Source of the DNA: Candidatus Eiseniibacteriota bacterium
GTDB taxonomy: Bacteria; Eisenbacteria; RBG-16-71-46; DASYSL01
DNA: 56,295 bases
NCBI GenBank assembly: GCA_031431875.1
Contig: JANPEF010000075.1
Location: 1-56,295, forward strand
Direction: 5' to 3'
Shown in pieces: positions 29,021 through 42,177 of this stretch; within the stretch, counting starts at the first letter, position 1, and every line of letters starts with the position of its first letter. The position numbers and the translations under genes were made by a program. Under the pieces are notes generated by a model. That model was not told where the DNA came from. It was given only the letters and a program-made list of their open reading frames with translations, and ran no database searches.

Positions 29021-30376
29021 ATGAAACGACAGGCCGTCCCCTTTTCCCTGCTGCTCAGCCGGCTGCTGCCGGTCGCCCGCCTGTCGCCCGGCGATCGGGC
29101 GCGGGTCGAACGCGCGCTCGCCCATGGCAGCGAGGCCGAGCAGGAGGCCGTCGCCCTCGCGGCCCTCGAGCGCCTCGCCGACCTCGGCGCCCTGACCCGC
29201 CTGCCGGACCGGATGGAGGGCGGCGACCGCGTCGTCCGCTGGCAGAAGAACGATGCGCACGAGGTCATCGCGCTCCGCTTCGACGGGCCGCCGCTGCCGC
29301 CGGGCCTGATCGCGCACCCCCGCATGCTGCTCACGCTGCGCGCCCACGCGCCCGCCGACCAGGTGCGTCGCCTGCGCCGCCTCGACGACGCGCTCCTGCG
29401 CGCCGACGGCCGCCCCACCTCGGGCGACGGCGAGCGCATCGCGCTCCTGCTCACCGCCGCGCGCGAGACTCTCGAGTGCGAGGCCGCCGCGTTCTTCCCC
29501 AAGGCCGGCGCCGGCGACTACACGCCCCCCGCCGGCGAGATCCCGGTGCTTGGGCCCTGGCTCGACGACGCGGTCGTCGGCCGTGATCGCCTGCTCGCCT
29601 GCGACGACGCACAGGCCGTACCCGAGGCGCGCACGGCCGCGCTCGCGGCCGGCGTCCGCGCCGTCGCCGCGGTGCGCATCCTCGTCCCGGCCGACGGCAA
29701 CGGCAACGGCGGCGCGGTGGGCGGCCCGGCGCTGGCCGGCGTGCTCGAAGTGCGCAGCCCACGCGCCGGCGCGTTCGCACCCGAGCGGCTGTCGTTGCTG
29801 TCGATGCTGGCCGAGAGTTTCGTGGCGCGCGCGCGGCAAGCGGCACAGCTGGAGCGGCTCGTCTTCGTCGACGCGCTCACCGGCGCGTTCAACAGCGCGT
29901 ACTTCCGCCAGGCGCTCGACAACGAAGTGGCCCGCGCGCGGCGCGAGGGTGCCTCGCTGGCGCTCGTCATCGCCGACATCGACGACTTCAAGCGCTTCAA
30001 CACGACCTACGGCTACGAGGGTGGAAACGCAGTGCTGGCGCAGGTGGCAAAGGCCCTGAAGCGCACCGTACGCCCGTTCGACACGGTCGCGCGCTGGGGT
30101 GGCGAGGAGTTCGCCGTGTTGCTCACCTCGCCCGTCGAGCGCGGCGACGCCGAGACGGTCGCCGAGCGCCTGCGCCACGCCGTCGAGGAGGCCGAGACCG
30201 CCATCACCGGCCTCGACGGCGCCGAGCACCGCGTGAAGATCACCGTCTCCCTCGGCGCCGCCCTGATTCCCGACGACGCCGCCGACGCCACCACCCTGTG
30301 GCGCCGCGCCAACCAGGCGCTGCTCGTCGCCAAGCGCCCGCCGAAGAATCGGGTGGTGTTCTGGAGTGGGGAGTAG
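29021..30376 (+). CDS. GAF-GGDEF diguanylate cyclase
   Basis: DALTGAFN, DIDDFKRFN, I-site RPFD, ARWGGEEF; GAF-like segment upstream. Confidence 0.9.
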   Translation: MKRQAVPFSLLLSRLLPVARLSPGDRARVERALAHGSEAEQEAVALAALERLADLGALTRLPDRMEGGDRVVRWQKNDAHEVIALRFDGPPLPPGLIAHPRMLLTLRAHAPADQVRRLRRLDDALLRADGRPTSGDGERIALLLTAARETLECEAAAFFPKAGAGDYTPPAGEIPVLGPWLDDAVVGRDRLLACDDAQAVPEARTAALAAGVRAVAAVRILVPADGNGNGGAVGGPALAGVLEVRSPRAGAFAPERLSLLSMLAESFVARARQAAQLERLVFVDALTGAFNSAYFRQALDNEVARARREGASLALVIADIDDFKRFNTTYGYEGGNAVLAQVAKALKRTVRPFDTVARWGGEEFAVLLTSPVERGDAETVAERLRHAVEEAETAITGLDGAEHRVKITVSLGAALIPDDAADATTLWRRANQALLVAKRPPKNRVVFWSGE

Positions 30377-30382
30377 CGGCGC

Positions 30383-31321
30383 TCAGGAGCCGGGCGTGTA
30401 CGAGACGAGCTCGGCTTCCTGCCGGTAGAGCAGGGTCCCGATCGGCTTCCCGTTCTCGTCCAGCGCGGTCTCGTCCGACACCCACAGGCGCTTCACTTCG
30501 CCCGGCGCGCCCCACCACGTCTGGTAGCGCTCGTTGGGATTGAAGTATTTCGGCAGGTCGATGTTCAGTCGCCACGCCGGGATCCTCCCCATCGGAGTCT
30601 CCAGGTTCTCGCGGGCCTCGACGGTCCAGACGTTGAACTGCACGCGGCCGACCCACGACGCATGCGGACGCAACGGGTAGCGCAGCATCGTGATCTCCGA
30701 CGTGCCGACGCCCCCGGGAGGGCCGTTCACGCCGAGGGCATCGCCGCGCGCGGCGATGCGGGCGGCGGCGCGGCGATACGCGGCGGCCGTCGTCGCATCG
30801 AGACCGGCGTCGGCGATCGCCTCCTCCAGCTGCGCGAGGTTGATCGTGTGCCGCGGCACATCGGCCGCGATCACGTGGCGCGCGATCGGGCCGGCGTCCT
30901 TCTGCCACAGGTAGAGTCCGGAGCGATCCTGGCGGAACAGGGACTCGAACGGTTCCCAGTCGGGGTGCGTCAGGTCCGTCTCCACGACGCGTCGGTACGC
31001 CAGGCCGTCGACGATCTGCTCGCCGAGGACGTCCGCGCGAACGTTCCACTCGTGGACCTCGGGTTCGAGTGGGCCAAGCCGGAACTCGGAGCGGAAGTGC
31101 AGCTCGGTGACCCGGCCGTCGCGAAAATCGACGAAGCCATCGAGACCCTGGTCGATCGTCGGATCGATCGAAGCGTCGATGGACTTCGAGGTGAGGAGAG
31201 CACCGGGAGCGGAAGCGAGCGGTCCGGTGGGCGGCGCGGCGGCGGGGGCGCAACCGAGGACGCCGAGCAGCAGGAGCGGCAAGCACGCCGCGCGCGCAGG
31301 GGTTGGAGGCGGCAGACGCAT
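30383..31321 (-). CDS. Hypothetical lipoprotein
   Basis: Lipobox LLLLGVLG-C; beta-rich body ending LRYPL...W...E.L.TP.G..PAW...W..PG. Confidence 0.7.
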   Translation of the reverse strand: MRLPPPTPARAACLPLLLLGVLGCAPAAAPPTGPLASAPGALLTSKSIDASIDPTIDQGLDGFVDFRDGRVTELHFRSEFRLGPLEPEVHEWNVRADVLGEQIVDGLAYRRVVETDLTHPDWEPFESLFRQDRSGLYLWQKDAGPIARHVIAADVPRHTINLAQLEEAIADAGLDATTAAAYRRAAARIAARGDALGVNGPPGGVGTSEITMLRYPLRPHASWVGRVQFNVWTVEARENLETPMGRIPAWRLNIDLPKYFNPNERYQTWWGAPGEVKRLWVSDETALDENGKPIGTLLYRQEAELVSYTPGS

Positions 31322-31468
31322 GGGGAAACCTCGGGTCGGGACCGGGGCGGAGCATTCGACGGGCCGGCCCCTGAGCGGACCATCCAACCTGGGGCCTGCG
31401 TGGTCGTACCCCCGTCCTGGGCGCCGGTTCGGATATTCGCGGGGCGCGGCGGCCGGCCGCGACGGAAT

Positions 31469-31673
31469 GGGCCCCGCCGGAGCGGGGCCCTCAACGCTAC
31501 GCCTGCGAGGCCTCGGCCGCAACGCCCGGCGGCGCAGCCTTCTTCCGGCCCTTCCCCGGCGCGGCGTCCGGTCCGGCCGGAGCCTCCACCGCCGCCTTCA
31601 CCCCGAGCACGAACTCCCCGCCCTCGAAATCTACCTCGATCGTCGAGCCGGCCGGGAAGGCGCCTTCGAGCAG
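31469..31673 (-). repeat. Second, diverged copy of the clpB 3' end, stop codon and terminator hairpin
   Basis: 31673->31497 reads [27 protein letters not shown]...KKAAPPGVAAEASQA*, vs clp[28 protein letters not shown]...[15 protein letters not shown]; both followed by GGCCCCGC-N4-GCGGGGCC. Confidence 0.93.
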
Positions 31674-31740
31674 AAGTCGCTACCTGGGCACTCCCGCGAA
31701 CCCGCCTTCGGGGCGGTGGTCGAGACGGTCGCAGCCCGTG

Positions 31741-32274
31741 TCAGCGATTCTGCTTTCTCCGGTCGTGCGGGCGAACCGCGACAACGTTTACCAGGACTTC
31801 GACGGCGCTCGTCGGGGGAGAACTCGGGCCGCCTCCATTGATCTGCGCGACAGCGTCGACAAGCTGTCGACCGGAAAACGTCGCCGACGCGTAATCTCCC
31901 CACCGGTACGCAACGAGTCCATTCGCGATCGGGAAGCTCGCCCTCCACAGTTGAGCTGTCCAGAAGATCTCGCCCTCGTCCGCCTGAGATCCATCGGAAT
32001 ACATCGGGAGCGGTACGAGATCGCCGACTCGGATGATCGCCGTGGTCATCGCAATTTCGCCAAGCAGCCCTGGACGGGGCTTCGTTCCGAAGACGGCCTG
32101 ATCGGGAGACGTGAGGCGATCGTGGATCCCCATGGTCCATGGTCGACCTGAGTGCCAATTCGTCGCCTCGAAGTCGTAGAGCCACGCAGTCTGGGCCGTG
32201 GCCACGCCGGGCTGCAGAAGCCCGAGCAGAAGCAGAATTGGCGGAGTAATCATCTGACAAGCTTTCTTGAGCAT
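31741..32274 (-). CDS. Hypothetical secreted protein located between the two clpB 3' copies
   Basis: GAGGAG RBS, signal-like ILLLLGLLQPGVATA, 177 aa; visibly less GC-biased than neighbours. Confidence 0.65.
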   Translation of the reverse strand: MLKKACQMITPPILLLLGLLQPGVATAQTAWLYDFEATNWHSGRPWTMGIHDRLTSPDQAVFGTKPRPGLLGEIAMTTAIIRVGDLVPLPMYSDGSQADEGEIFWTAQLWRASFPIANGLVAYRWGDYASATFSGRQLVDAVAQINGGGPSSPPTSAVEVLVNVVAVRPHDRRKQNR

Positions 32275-32299
32275 GGCGGCTCCTCGCGCGGATCGACAG

Positions 32300-32325
32300 G
32301 ACAAAGGCCCCGCAGGTGCGGGGCC
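32300..32325 (-). terminator. Putative terminator hairpin after clpB
   Basis: ggccccgc-aggt-gcggggcc followed by tttgt on the minus strand, 7 nt after the stop. Confidence 0.6.
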
Positions 32326-32332
32326 CTCGACC

Positions 32333-34984
<2,652 letters not shown>

Positions 34985-35064
34985 GGGGACTCCTTTCGGA
35001 TCTCCCACCCAAGGGGGCGGGTCGCAGGGATTTCAGGCAGGCGGAAACGGCGGCGGCGCGCGGC

Positions 35065-35093
35065 TTGCCGGGGGAGCGCTCCCTCACTACAGT
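35065..35093 (+). promoter_or_regulatory. Putative sigma70 promoter for the 35156 gene
   Basis: TTGCCG-N17-TACAGT with palindrome GGGAGCGCTCCC in the spacer. Confidence 0.4.
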
Positions 35094-35155
35094 AGATGCG
35101 ACTCCCCCGCCCTTCGATGCAAGACCAATCGGCCCCCCGAGCCCAGGATCCCCGC

Positions 35156-36637
35156 ATGATCCTCGCCCCGTTCTCCGCTCTCGCCCTGGCCGCCGGGCTC
35201 ATTCCCGCTGCCACCGGCGGCACTGTCCCCTATGACACGGCCCAGGCCACTGTCGCGGCGGCCCGGATTACGGGCATCGTTTCAAACGTGGGCTCTTTCG
35301 GCTTCGATCTCACGACGGGACTCGCGACCTGGAGCGAGGGCTTCGAGTACCCGCGCGGTTCGGGGACGCATCCGTTCTTCCCCGTCGGGCTGTGGGTCAC
35401 GGGGCAAGTCGGCGGCGTCGAGCGCGCCGCGATCTGCGAGTACGTCTCGGAGTTCCGCCCCGGGCCGATCCTGCCCGGCGGCGCGTTCGCGCCCGACGAT
35501 CCCGCGTACACGGTGTACCGCGCCGCGCGCAGGGACACCACCGGCTGGGCCGCGTGGGTCGCCGCGGGAGGGCCGCTCGGCGCGCCGCTCGATTCCGCAG
35601 GTGAGGCCCCGTTCGTGCGCGGCAACGTCTCGACGTGGGCGGTCTACAACGACGCCGACCCGGACCGGCATGTGGCGCACTCCGGCATCGGTCCGCTCGG
35701 ACTCGAAGTGCGCCAGACGACGTGGGCGTTCGACGAGGCCGGACCGCGCGGCGGGGCGATCCTGTTCCGCTGGGAGATCCTTGCCCGCGGCACAGCGACG
35801 CTCGACAGCGCGTACGTGGGGCTGTGGGCCGATCCCGACGTCGGGGGACGCGCCGACTTCGTGGCGACCGATTCGGCGAACGGGCTCGCGTACAACTACG
35901 ATCCCCCCGGCTCGGACGCCGTGTACGGCACGGCGCAGCCCGCGTTCGGACTTCGCCTGCTTCGCGGCCCGCGCGTGCCTCCGGCCGGGAGCGCGCTCGG
36001 CGTGACCTCGATCGCCACCTACGTCAACGGGGTCGACCCGGCGACAGCCCTGGAGTGCGCGCGCCTTCTCCGCGGCCTGCGCGTCGACGGCTCGGCGTTC
36101 GTCGACCCGGCCACGAGCGTGCCGACGCGCTTCCCGTTCGGCGGCGATCCGCGCATCGGCGCCGGCTGGCTCGACGTGAATCCGGCCGACAAGAAGTTCG
36201 TGCTCGGCTCGGGCCCATTCACCTTCGCCCCGGGCGACACGCAGGTGATCGAGGCCTTGCTGATCGTGGGCCAGAGCGCCGATCGGATCGCCTCGATCGA
36301 CGGCCTGTACGGCACGGCGTCGGCCGACTACGATGCCCCCGCGACCGATCCGCCGCCGCCCCCGGCCCCCGCCCCGCGGGGACTCGAGGCCGCCCCGAAC
36401 CCGGCCTGGGGCCCGGTCGCGCTGCGCTTCGCCAGCCGGGCCGGTGTCTCGTGGCGACTCGATGCGTTCGATGTGCGTGGCCGCGCGATCGCAGCCGTGG
36501 CCGCCGGCGCAGGCACCGGTGCCACGGTCGTCGCGACCTGGAATCGTCCCCCGACGCTGCCGAGCGGCGTCTACTGGATCCTGCTGCGGCAGGGAGAGGA
36601 ACGCATGGCGCGTCCGGTCGTCCTTGTTCGTGACTAG
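35156..36637 (+). CDS. Secreted protein with FlgD/T9SS-like C-terminal domain
   Basis: Signal peptide; SN.G...FEYPRGSG.H..GLWV.G, LGLEVRQ, YVGLWADPD, GPFTFAPGDT; tail APNP...SGVYW...RPVVLVRD. Confidence 0.8.
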   Translation: MILAPFSALALAAGLIPAATGGTVPYDTAQATVAAARITGIVSNVGSFGFDLTTGLATWSEGFEYPRGSGTHPFFPVGLWVTGQVGGVERAAICEYVSEFRPGPILPGGAFAPDDPAYTVYRAARRDTTGWAAWVAAGGPLGAPLDSAGEAPFVRGNVSTWAVYNDADPDRHVAHSGIGPLGLEVRQTTWAFDEAGPRGGAILFRWEILARGTATLDSAYVGLWADPDVGGRADFVATDSANGLAYNYDPPGSDAVYGTAQPAFGLRLLRGPRVPPAGSALGVTSIATYVNGVDPATALECARLLRGLRVDGSAFVDPATSVPTRFPFGGDPRIGAGWLDVNPADKKFVLGSGPFTFAPGDTQVIEALLIVGQSADRIASIDGLYGTASADYDAPATDPPPPPAPAPRGLEAAPNPAWGPVALRFASRAGVSWRLDAFDVRGRAIAAVAAGAGTGATVVATWNRPPTLPSGVYWILLRQGEERMARPVVLVRD

Positions 36638-38654
36638 AGATATTCCGGCGCGCTTGCGCGCCGGGACAGGCCTCTTCGCGCTCGCCGGCGCCGTCGCGCT
36701 CGCCTCCGGCGTCCAGGTCCCATCCGCCACCGCCCAGGCGATCCGCTACCAGGCGAAGATCACGAGCGCGAACCGCCTCGGGCTGACGCTCACCAACTAC
36801 GGTTTCCTCGGCAACAACTTCATGTCGCGCACGCCGTCGTTCGAGTACCCGCTCGGCGAGGGGCTCGAGCACATGTCGCGCGCGGGGCTGTGGGTGGGCG
36901 GCCTCGCGGTGACCGACACCGGCCTCGCGCTGCGCGTCTCGCACGCCGCGGTCGACGCCGCACAGGGCTCGAACCAGGTGTCCGAGACCGAGTACACGCC
37001 CTTGCCGGCGGCGATCGTCGAGCGCTCGCGGCTGGTCACGTCGAAGAACTACTCGCCCGACGCGGTGAGCGACCAGGACTTCATCGCCTCGTTCACCGAT
37101 CGCCCGGCGCGGGCCGGCTCGGGACTCTCGGATGAGGGTCACCAGCCGCTCGGCATCGAGGTCTCGCTGTCGACCTATGCGTTCGGGCTCGATGCCGCCG
37201 CGGATTTCGTGGTGCTGCACTTCGTGATCCGCAATGACGGCCCCCCGCTGCGCGACGTCTACGTCGGCCTCTACACGCAGCTGGTCAGCGGGGACAAGGA
37301 CGCGTACCCGGGTTGGCCGCCGTCCGGGGCGTCGCCCGAGGGCTCGTGGTACTACAAGAAGTACATGAACTGGGTCGATTCTCTGTCGATGGTGAACGAG
37401 CACTTCTGCCGCACCGTCGCACTGATGCCCAACGGACAGCCCGACGCGGCGACGTGCGATTCCGCGCACGTGCCCGCGTGGGCCGCGAGCCAGTACCTGG
37501 GCTTCCGGGCCGGGCCGACGATCGTGCCCGATCCGTCGACCGTGACCACGCGCACCCGCTTCTGGAACTACCTGCCCGGCGACACGACGCGCGACCAGGA
37601 CAGCGAGCGCTACGTCGAGATGAGCCGCCCCGGCGTGGACGACCCGCGCCCGTACTGGGCCGGGGCGGGGCCGAACATCTCGCCGATCGAGATGATCTCG
37701 GTCGGCCCATTCCTTGAGATTCCGCCCGACTCGACGATCGAGGTCGACTTCGCGTTCGTCGGCGGCGTCCAGTTGCCCGAGCTCCTCGCCCACGGCGCGT
37801 TCGCCCGCTACGCGTTCGAGCAGCAGTACCGCCTGCCCTCGCCGCCGCCCTCGCCGCGGCTGCACGTCCTGGCCAAGGACGGGGCGCTGGAACTCCTCTG
37901 GGACGACGTCTCGGAGCGCACGCCTGATGACACGAGCCCCGCGCCCGGCGGCCTCGACTTCGAGGGCTACCGCGTGTACGCCGGGCGCGACCGCAACGAC
38001 CTGTCGCTGGTGGCGCAGTTCGACGCGGACGACTCGACCGGCTTCAACACGGGCTTCGCCGCGATTCGCCTGGCAGAGCCCGTGATCGAGGGGGGCGACA
38101 CGCTGCGCTACGCCTATCGCATCCCGAACCTGCGCGACGGCATCACCTACACGGTCGCGGTCACCGCGTTCGACCTGGGCGACGTGCAGGTGGGCGCGCT
38201 CGAGTCCGGCTTGAACGAGAACAAGCAGATCGCGGTGCCCAACCCGGCGCCGGGCGAGCGTAGCGGCGTGACGGTCTACCCGAATCCCTACAAGGTGGAG
38301 GCCGCGTGGGACGCCGGCCAGCTGGTGCGCGATCACTACCTGTGGTTCGCCAACCTGCCGCCACGCGCGCGGCTGCGCATCTACACGATCGCCGGCGACC
38401 TGGTGCTCGACGTCGACTTCGACGGCGCGCACTACGACGGCTCGAGCGCCCGCGGGCTCTACGACCCCGGCGTCGACATCGACACGCCGCCGCCCACGCT
38501 GTCGGGCGCGTCGTATGCGTGGGACATGATCACCCGCCAGGGGCAGGCCGCCGCGTCGGGGCTCTACCTGTTCGCCGTCGAGGACCTGGAGAGCGGGAAG
38601 CTGGAGCGCGGCAAGTTCCTGATCGTGAAGTCGGATCGCGAGGGATTCAAGTAG
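36630..38654 (+). CDS. Secreted protein (FEYP.G.G family domain + Fn3-like + C-terminal Ig-like domain), paralog of 50361..52370
   Basis: GTG start, signal peptide; TNYGFLGNNF.SR.PSFEYPLG, PSPPPSPRL, DFEGYRVY, VYPNPY, FANLP, WD..T..GQ.AASGLY, GKFLIVK. Confidence 0.82.
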   Translation: MTRDIPARLRAGTGLFALAGAVALASGVQVPSATAQAIRYQAKITSANRLGLTLTNYGFLGNNFMSRTPSFEYPLGEGLEHMSRAGLWVGGLAVTDTGLALRVSHAAVDAAQGSNQVSETEYTPLPAAIVERSRLVTSKNYSPDAVSDQDFIASFTDRPARAGSGLSDEGHQPLGIEVSLSTYAFGLDAAADFVVLHFVIRNDGPPLRDVYVGLYTQLVSGDKDAYPGWPPSGASPEGSWYYKKYMNWVDSLSMVNEHFCRTVALMPNGQPDAATCDSAHVPAWAASQYLGFRAGPTIVPDPSTVTTRTRFWNYLPGDTTRDQDSERYVEMSRPGVDDPRPYWAGAGPNISPIEMISVGPFLEIPPDSTIEVDFAFVGGVQLPELLAHGAFARYAFEQQYRLPSPPPSPRLHVLAKDGALELLWDDVSERTPDDTSPAPGGLDFEGYRVYAGRDRNDLSLVAQFDADDSTGFNTGFAAIRLAEPVIEGGDTLRYAYRIPNLRDGITYTVAVTAFDLGDVQVGALESGLNENKQIAVPNPAPGERSGVTVYPNPYKVEAAWDAGQLVRDHYLWFANLPPRARLRIYTIAGDLVLDVDFDGAHYDGSSARGLYDPGVDIDTPPPTLSGASYAWDMITRQGQAAASGLYLFAVEDLESGKLERGKFLIVKSDREGFK

Positions 38655-38660
38655 GCCGGC

Positions 38661-40310
38661 TCAGTCCAGGTGTACGAGCCGCAGCGCGGTCCTCGCGCCT
38701 CCCGCGCACAAGACCGCGAAGTACAGCCCGGCCGGCAGGTCCCTCCCGTCCACGCGCACCCGTTGCGTCCCGCCCGAGGCGGGCCCTGCAAACAACGTGC
38801 GCACGCGCCGACCGCGCACGTCGCGTAGCTCGAGCCCGACGACCCCGCCGTCGGCACCCGGCGAAAACTCGAGCGTCGTGCCCGCGGTGAACGGATTCGG
38901 CCCGGCGCGCAGGGCGATCCTGACGGAGCCCGGCGGCGACTCGACGGCCACGGGGACGGAGCCCAGCCGCGCCGAGAACATCGCCCACTTCGACGATCCG
39001 TTCACGTCGGCGAGGACGATGGCATCGCACGACACGGTCTCCCTGTTCCGGCCCGCGAGGTAGAACAGGTCGCCCGGACCCGCCCACAGGGCCGTCACCT
39101 CGGGCAGGCTCGCGGCCAGGGACGCACCCTTCACGAACTTCACCCACTGCACGGCGCCCGCGTCGGAGTACTGCACGGCGTGCGAGTGCTGCTCGCCGGG
39201 CAGCGGCACGCCACCGATCGTGCCGAAGGCCTGGCGGCGCGCCCCGGCGATGGTGTAGGCCCCGGGGTCGTGAGCGGTGATCCGCCTCGCCTCGAGCCCG
39301 GAGTTGAAGCCGGCGAACTGCGAATACGTGTTGCGCACCCATGCAATGTCGCCGCCAGGCGACATCTTCGCGACCACGAATCCGGTCGACCCCGGGACGC
39401 CGTCGAGTGTTCCCGCACTCGCGAGTTGCCCGCAGAGGTAGCTCGCGCCGAGGGCGTCGGTATCGTGGTCGAGCGCGACGTCGGCACCGGTGCCCGCGAG
39501 CACCCGAATCCACAGGAGCGCGCCCGCGGGCGTGAAGCGCGCGAGGAAGCCGTCGCTGGCGCCGCTCGCCGTGCGATCCGCGACCGGGGCCCCGGGATCG
39601 AAGTCGACCGTGCCCGCGAACTTTCCGCTCAGCACGAGGTCGCCATCCGGCGCGACCGAAAGCCGCGTGTCGTCGTCGAGCGCGAGCCCCGCGAAGTTCC
39701 ACGTCGCGAGCGTTCCGCCGGTCGTCGCGTCGACCTCCCGGATCCACGCGCCGCCGACTTCGCTGCCCGCGACCCAGGCGTGGCCGGTGCCGTCGACCGC
39801 CACGTCCCATGCGGTCGCGTCGGCGGCGAGGCTCACCGCCCACTGCTCGGTGCCGTCCGGCGCGTAGCGCACGAGGAACGCGCCGTCACCGCCCGCGGCG
39901 ATCGGGAACGCGCCGAACGCACTGGGCGCGGCACCGCTGTACGCGCCGGCCAGGAACGCGTTGCCTGCCGCATCGATCGCGACGCCGTGCGCGACGTCGA
40001 GACTCGTCGTCGCCGTGCCTCCGCCGGCGCGCGCCCACAGCACGGTCCCGGTCGGGCCGCGCTTGACGAGGACCGCGTCCTGGCCCAGACCGCCCGCGGC
40101 GAGCATCAATCCGGTCGCAAGCAACAGGCTGTCGCGGAATGCGCCCGCCGCGTACGCGTTTGTCCCGGAGTCGACGGCGAGCGCCAGCGCGAAGTCGTCC
40201 CCGCTGCCCGGGTTCACACCGACGGCGTGCAGGAATGACGGCTGCGCCGTCACGGATGTCGCGACGAAACCGGCGGCAAGGGCGAAGGGCACGACGAGGC
40301 GCAGGGACAC
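38661..40310 (-). CDS. Secreted beta-propeller (SBBP-like repeats) with FlgD/T9SS-like C-terminal domain
   Basis: Signal peptide; repeated A.D..GN.Y..G / D.FL.RF...G...W units; GTVDFDPG; tail GPNPF...AGLYF...LRLVHLD. Confidence 0.8.
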   Translation of the reverse strand: MSLRLVVPFALAAGFVATSVTAQPSFLHAVGVNPGSGDDFALALAVDSGTNAYAAGAFRDSLLLATGLMLAAGGLGQDAVLVKRGPTGTVLWARAGGGTATTSLDVAHGVAIDAAGNAFLAGAYSGAAPSAFGAFPIAAGGDGAFLVRYAPDGTEQWAVSLAADATAWDVAVDGTGHAWVAGSEVGGAWIREVDATTGGTLATWNFAGLALDDDTRLSVAPDGDLVLSGKFAGTVDFDPGAPVADRTASGASDGFLARFTPAGALLWIRVLAGTGADVALDHDTDALGASYLCGQLASAGTLDGVPGSTGFVVAKMSPGGDIAWVRNTYSQFAGFNSGLEARRITAHDPGAYTIAGARRQAFGTIGGVPLPGEQHSHAVQYSDAGAVQWVKFVKGASLAASLPEVTALWAGPGDLFYLAGRNRETVSCDAIVLADVNGSSKWAMFSARLGSVPVAVESPPGSVRIALRAGPNPFTAGTTLEFSPGADGGVVGLELRDVRGRRVRTLFAGPASGGTQRVRVDGRDLPAGLYFAVLCAGGARTALRLVHLD

Positions 40311-40466
40311 GAGCGGGCTCCGGGGGCACGGCGGGCGGGATCGACGATCGGCGCGCGACGTCCGGAGGGCGGATGCCTGAGTTCGCGCGGCCTACAAGGA
40401 TAGCGCGTTCGTGGCCCGCGCAGCAAGCGAGCCCGGGCCCACCCCGAGGGCCGGCCCCCACCACGC

Positions 40467-41444
40467 CTACTTCGAGCGCGGCCTCATGCGCGGACCGGTA
40501 TCGTGCTCGACCGGCGGCAGCGTGCGCAGGTAGCGGTGGATGGCGCGCAGGTCGTCCTCGTCCATGCGGGCGTAGGCCTGCCACGGCATCGGCGAGCCGG
40601 GAATCACCCGGCCGGCGCGGATGCGGGCGACGAACGCGTCCTCGTCGAGGATGGCGCTCATCCCGGTCTTCGGATCAGGCGTCAGGTTGGGTGGCGCCCA
40701 CGTGCGCGACATGTCGGACTCGTCCACGAACTCGGTGTTGCCGCTGAACGGCGCGTTCGTGAACTGGCCGGTCGCCATGTCGCGCGCCGTATGACAGGCC
40801 TGGCAGATGGCAACCGAGGCCGCGAGGTAACGGCCGTTCTCGACCGTCGCACCGTGCGGAGAAACCGCCGGTGGCGGCGACGACGCCTCGACCGGGTTCG
40901 CCAGCACCGTCGCGCGCAGGACGTTGCCGAGCAGGTTGAAGCGGTGCGCGGGCACGACATGCGACACGGCGGGCTGGCCGCGCAGGTAGGAGATCACCGC
41001 GCGCAGGTCCTCGTCCGACAGTCCCTGCATCTCCATGAACGGCAGGAGCGTGCGACCCTCACGGCCCACGCCGTGGCGCAGCGCGCGCGCGATCTGGCCG
41101 TCGCTGAGCGCACCGATTCCCGTCTCCGCGTCGGGAGTGATGTTCGGCACGTGGATGTCCCCCGGCGGAATGGGGAACACGAACCCGCCCGAGAGCGGGA
41201 CGTCCTCGCCCGCGACATAGGCGTCGAGCGCGTCGACGGCGCCGTGGCACGCGGCGCACGGCGCGACGTTGCGCACCACGTAGTGTCCGCGCGCGATGAC
41301 GGCGGAGTCGCTGGAGGCGGCGATCGCGGGAAGCGGCGCGTCGAAGCGCAGATTCTGTCGCGAAGCGACCCACGCAGAGAACCCGAGGACCGCGATCCCG
41401 ATGACGGCGAAGAGCCAGACGAGAACTCGGCGTAGAAGCTGCAT
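40467..41444 (-). CDS. Membrane-anchored diheme c-type cytochrome
   Basis: CAACH and CQACH; PNITPD.ETGIG, PNLTPD, PMPW; N-terminal TM; GGAGG RBS. Confidence 0.88.
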   Translation of the reverse strand: MQLLRRVLVWLFAVIGIAVLGFSAWVASRQNLRFDAPLPAIAASSDSAVIARGHYVVRNVAPCAACHGAVDALDAYVAGEDVPLSGGFVFPIPPGDIHVPNITPDAETGIGALSDGQIARALRHGVGREGRTLLPFMEMQGLSDEDLRAVISYLRGQPAVSHVVPAHRFNLLGNVLRATVLANPVEASSPPPAVSPHGATVENGRYLAASVAICQACHTARDMATGQFTNAPFSGNTEFVDESDMSRTWAPPNLTPDPKTGMSAILDEDAFVARIRAGRVIPGSPMPWQAYARMDEDDLRAIHRYLRTLPPVEHDTGPRMRPRSK

Positions 41445-41478
41445 GCCTCCCCTCCCGGGTTCCGGCTTCGCCGGAACG

Positions 41479-42177
41479 TTACCAGCCGAGCGGTTTCCGA
41501 TCCTGGAAGAACCCGCCATGCGGGCCGTCCGCCGGCAGTGTCGCCAGCCAGAGAACCGTGTCGGCCCCTTCCTCGGGGCTCTTCGTCGCCTCGTCGCCGC
41601 CCATCCGCGTGCGCACCCAGCCGGGATTGAGCGCGTTCACCTTCACGTCCACGCCCGTCGGGATCGCCTGGGCCAGCTTCACGGTGAGCGCGTTCAGCCC
41701 GGCCTTGCTCACGGAGTACGCCGCGCCGCCGTCGAGGCCCTGCGCAAACGACCCGAAGTCCGAGCTCACGTTGACGACGCGTCCGTACCCGATCGTGATC
41801 ATTGCCGGCACGAACGCGCGGCAAAGGTACCACGCCCCGAGCAGGTTCGTCCGCATCGCTGTCTCGAGGTCCTCATCGGTCACGGTGAGCGCGTCCGCGC
41901 GCGGGATGATGGCGCCGTTGTTGACCAGGACGTCGACATGGACGCCGGAGGCGGCAAGGCGAGCGGCGCCCGCATGGATCGACGCCGGATCCGCCAGGTC
42001 AAACACCGCGGAGCGGGCGGTGTAGCCTTCGGCCCGTAATGTCGCCTCCGCGGCCGCGACGCCCGCCGCATCGCGCCCGGTGACCACAACGGCAAGACCG
42101 AGCTCACCCAGCCCGCGCGCAATCGCCAACCCGAGGCCGCGGTTCGCCCCGGTCACCAGCGCGGTACGCGCCGTCAC
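41479..42177 (-). CDS. SDR family oxidoreductase (carbonyl reductase-like)
   Basis: [31 protein letters not shown]. Confidence 0.92.
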   Translation of the reverse strand: MTARTALVTGANRGLGLAIARGLGELGLAVVVTGRDAAGVAAAEATLRAEGYTARSAVFDLADPASIHAGAARLAASGVHVDVLVNNGAIIPRADALTVTDEDLETAMRTNLLGAWYLCRAFVPAMITIGYGRVVNVSSDFGSFAQGLDGGAAYSVSKAGLNALTVKLAQAIPTGVDVKVNALNPGWVRTRMGGDEATKSPEEGADTVLWLATLPADGPHGGFFQDRKPLGW

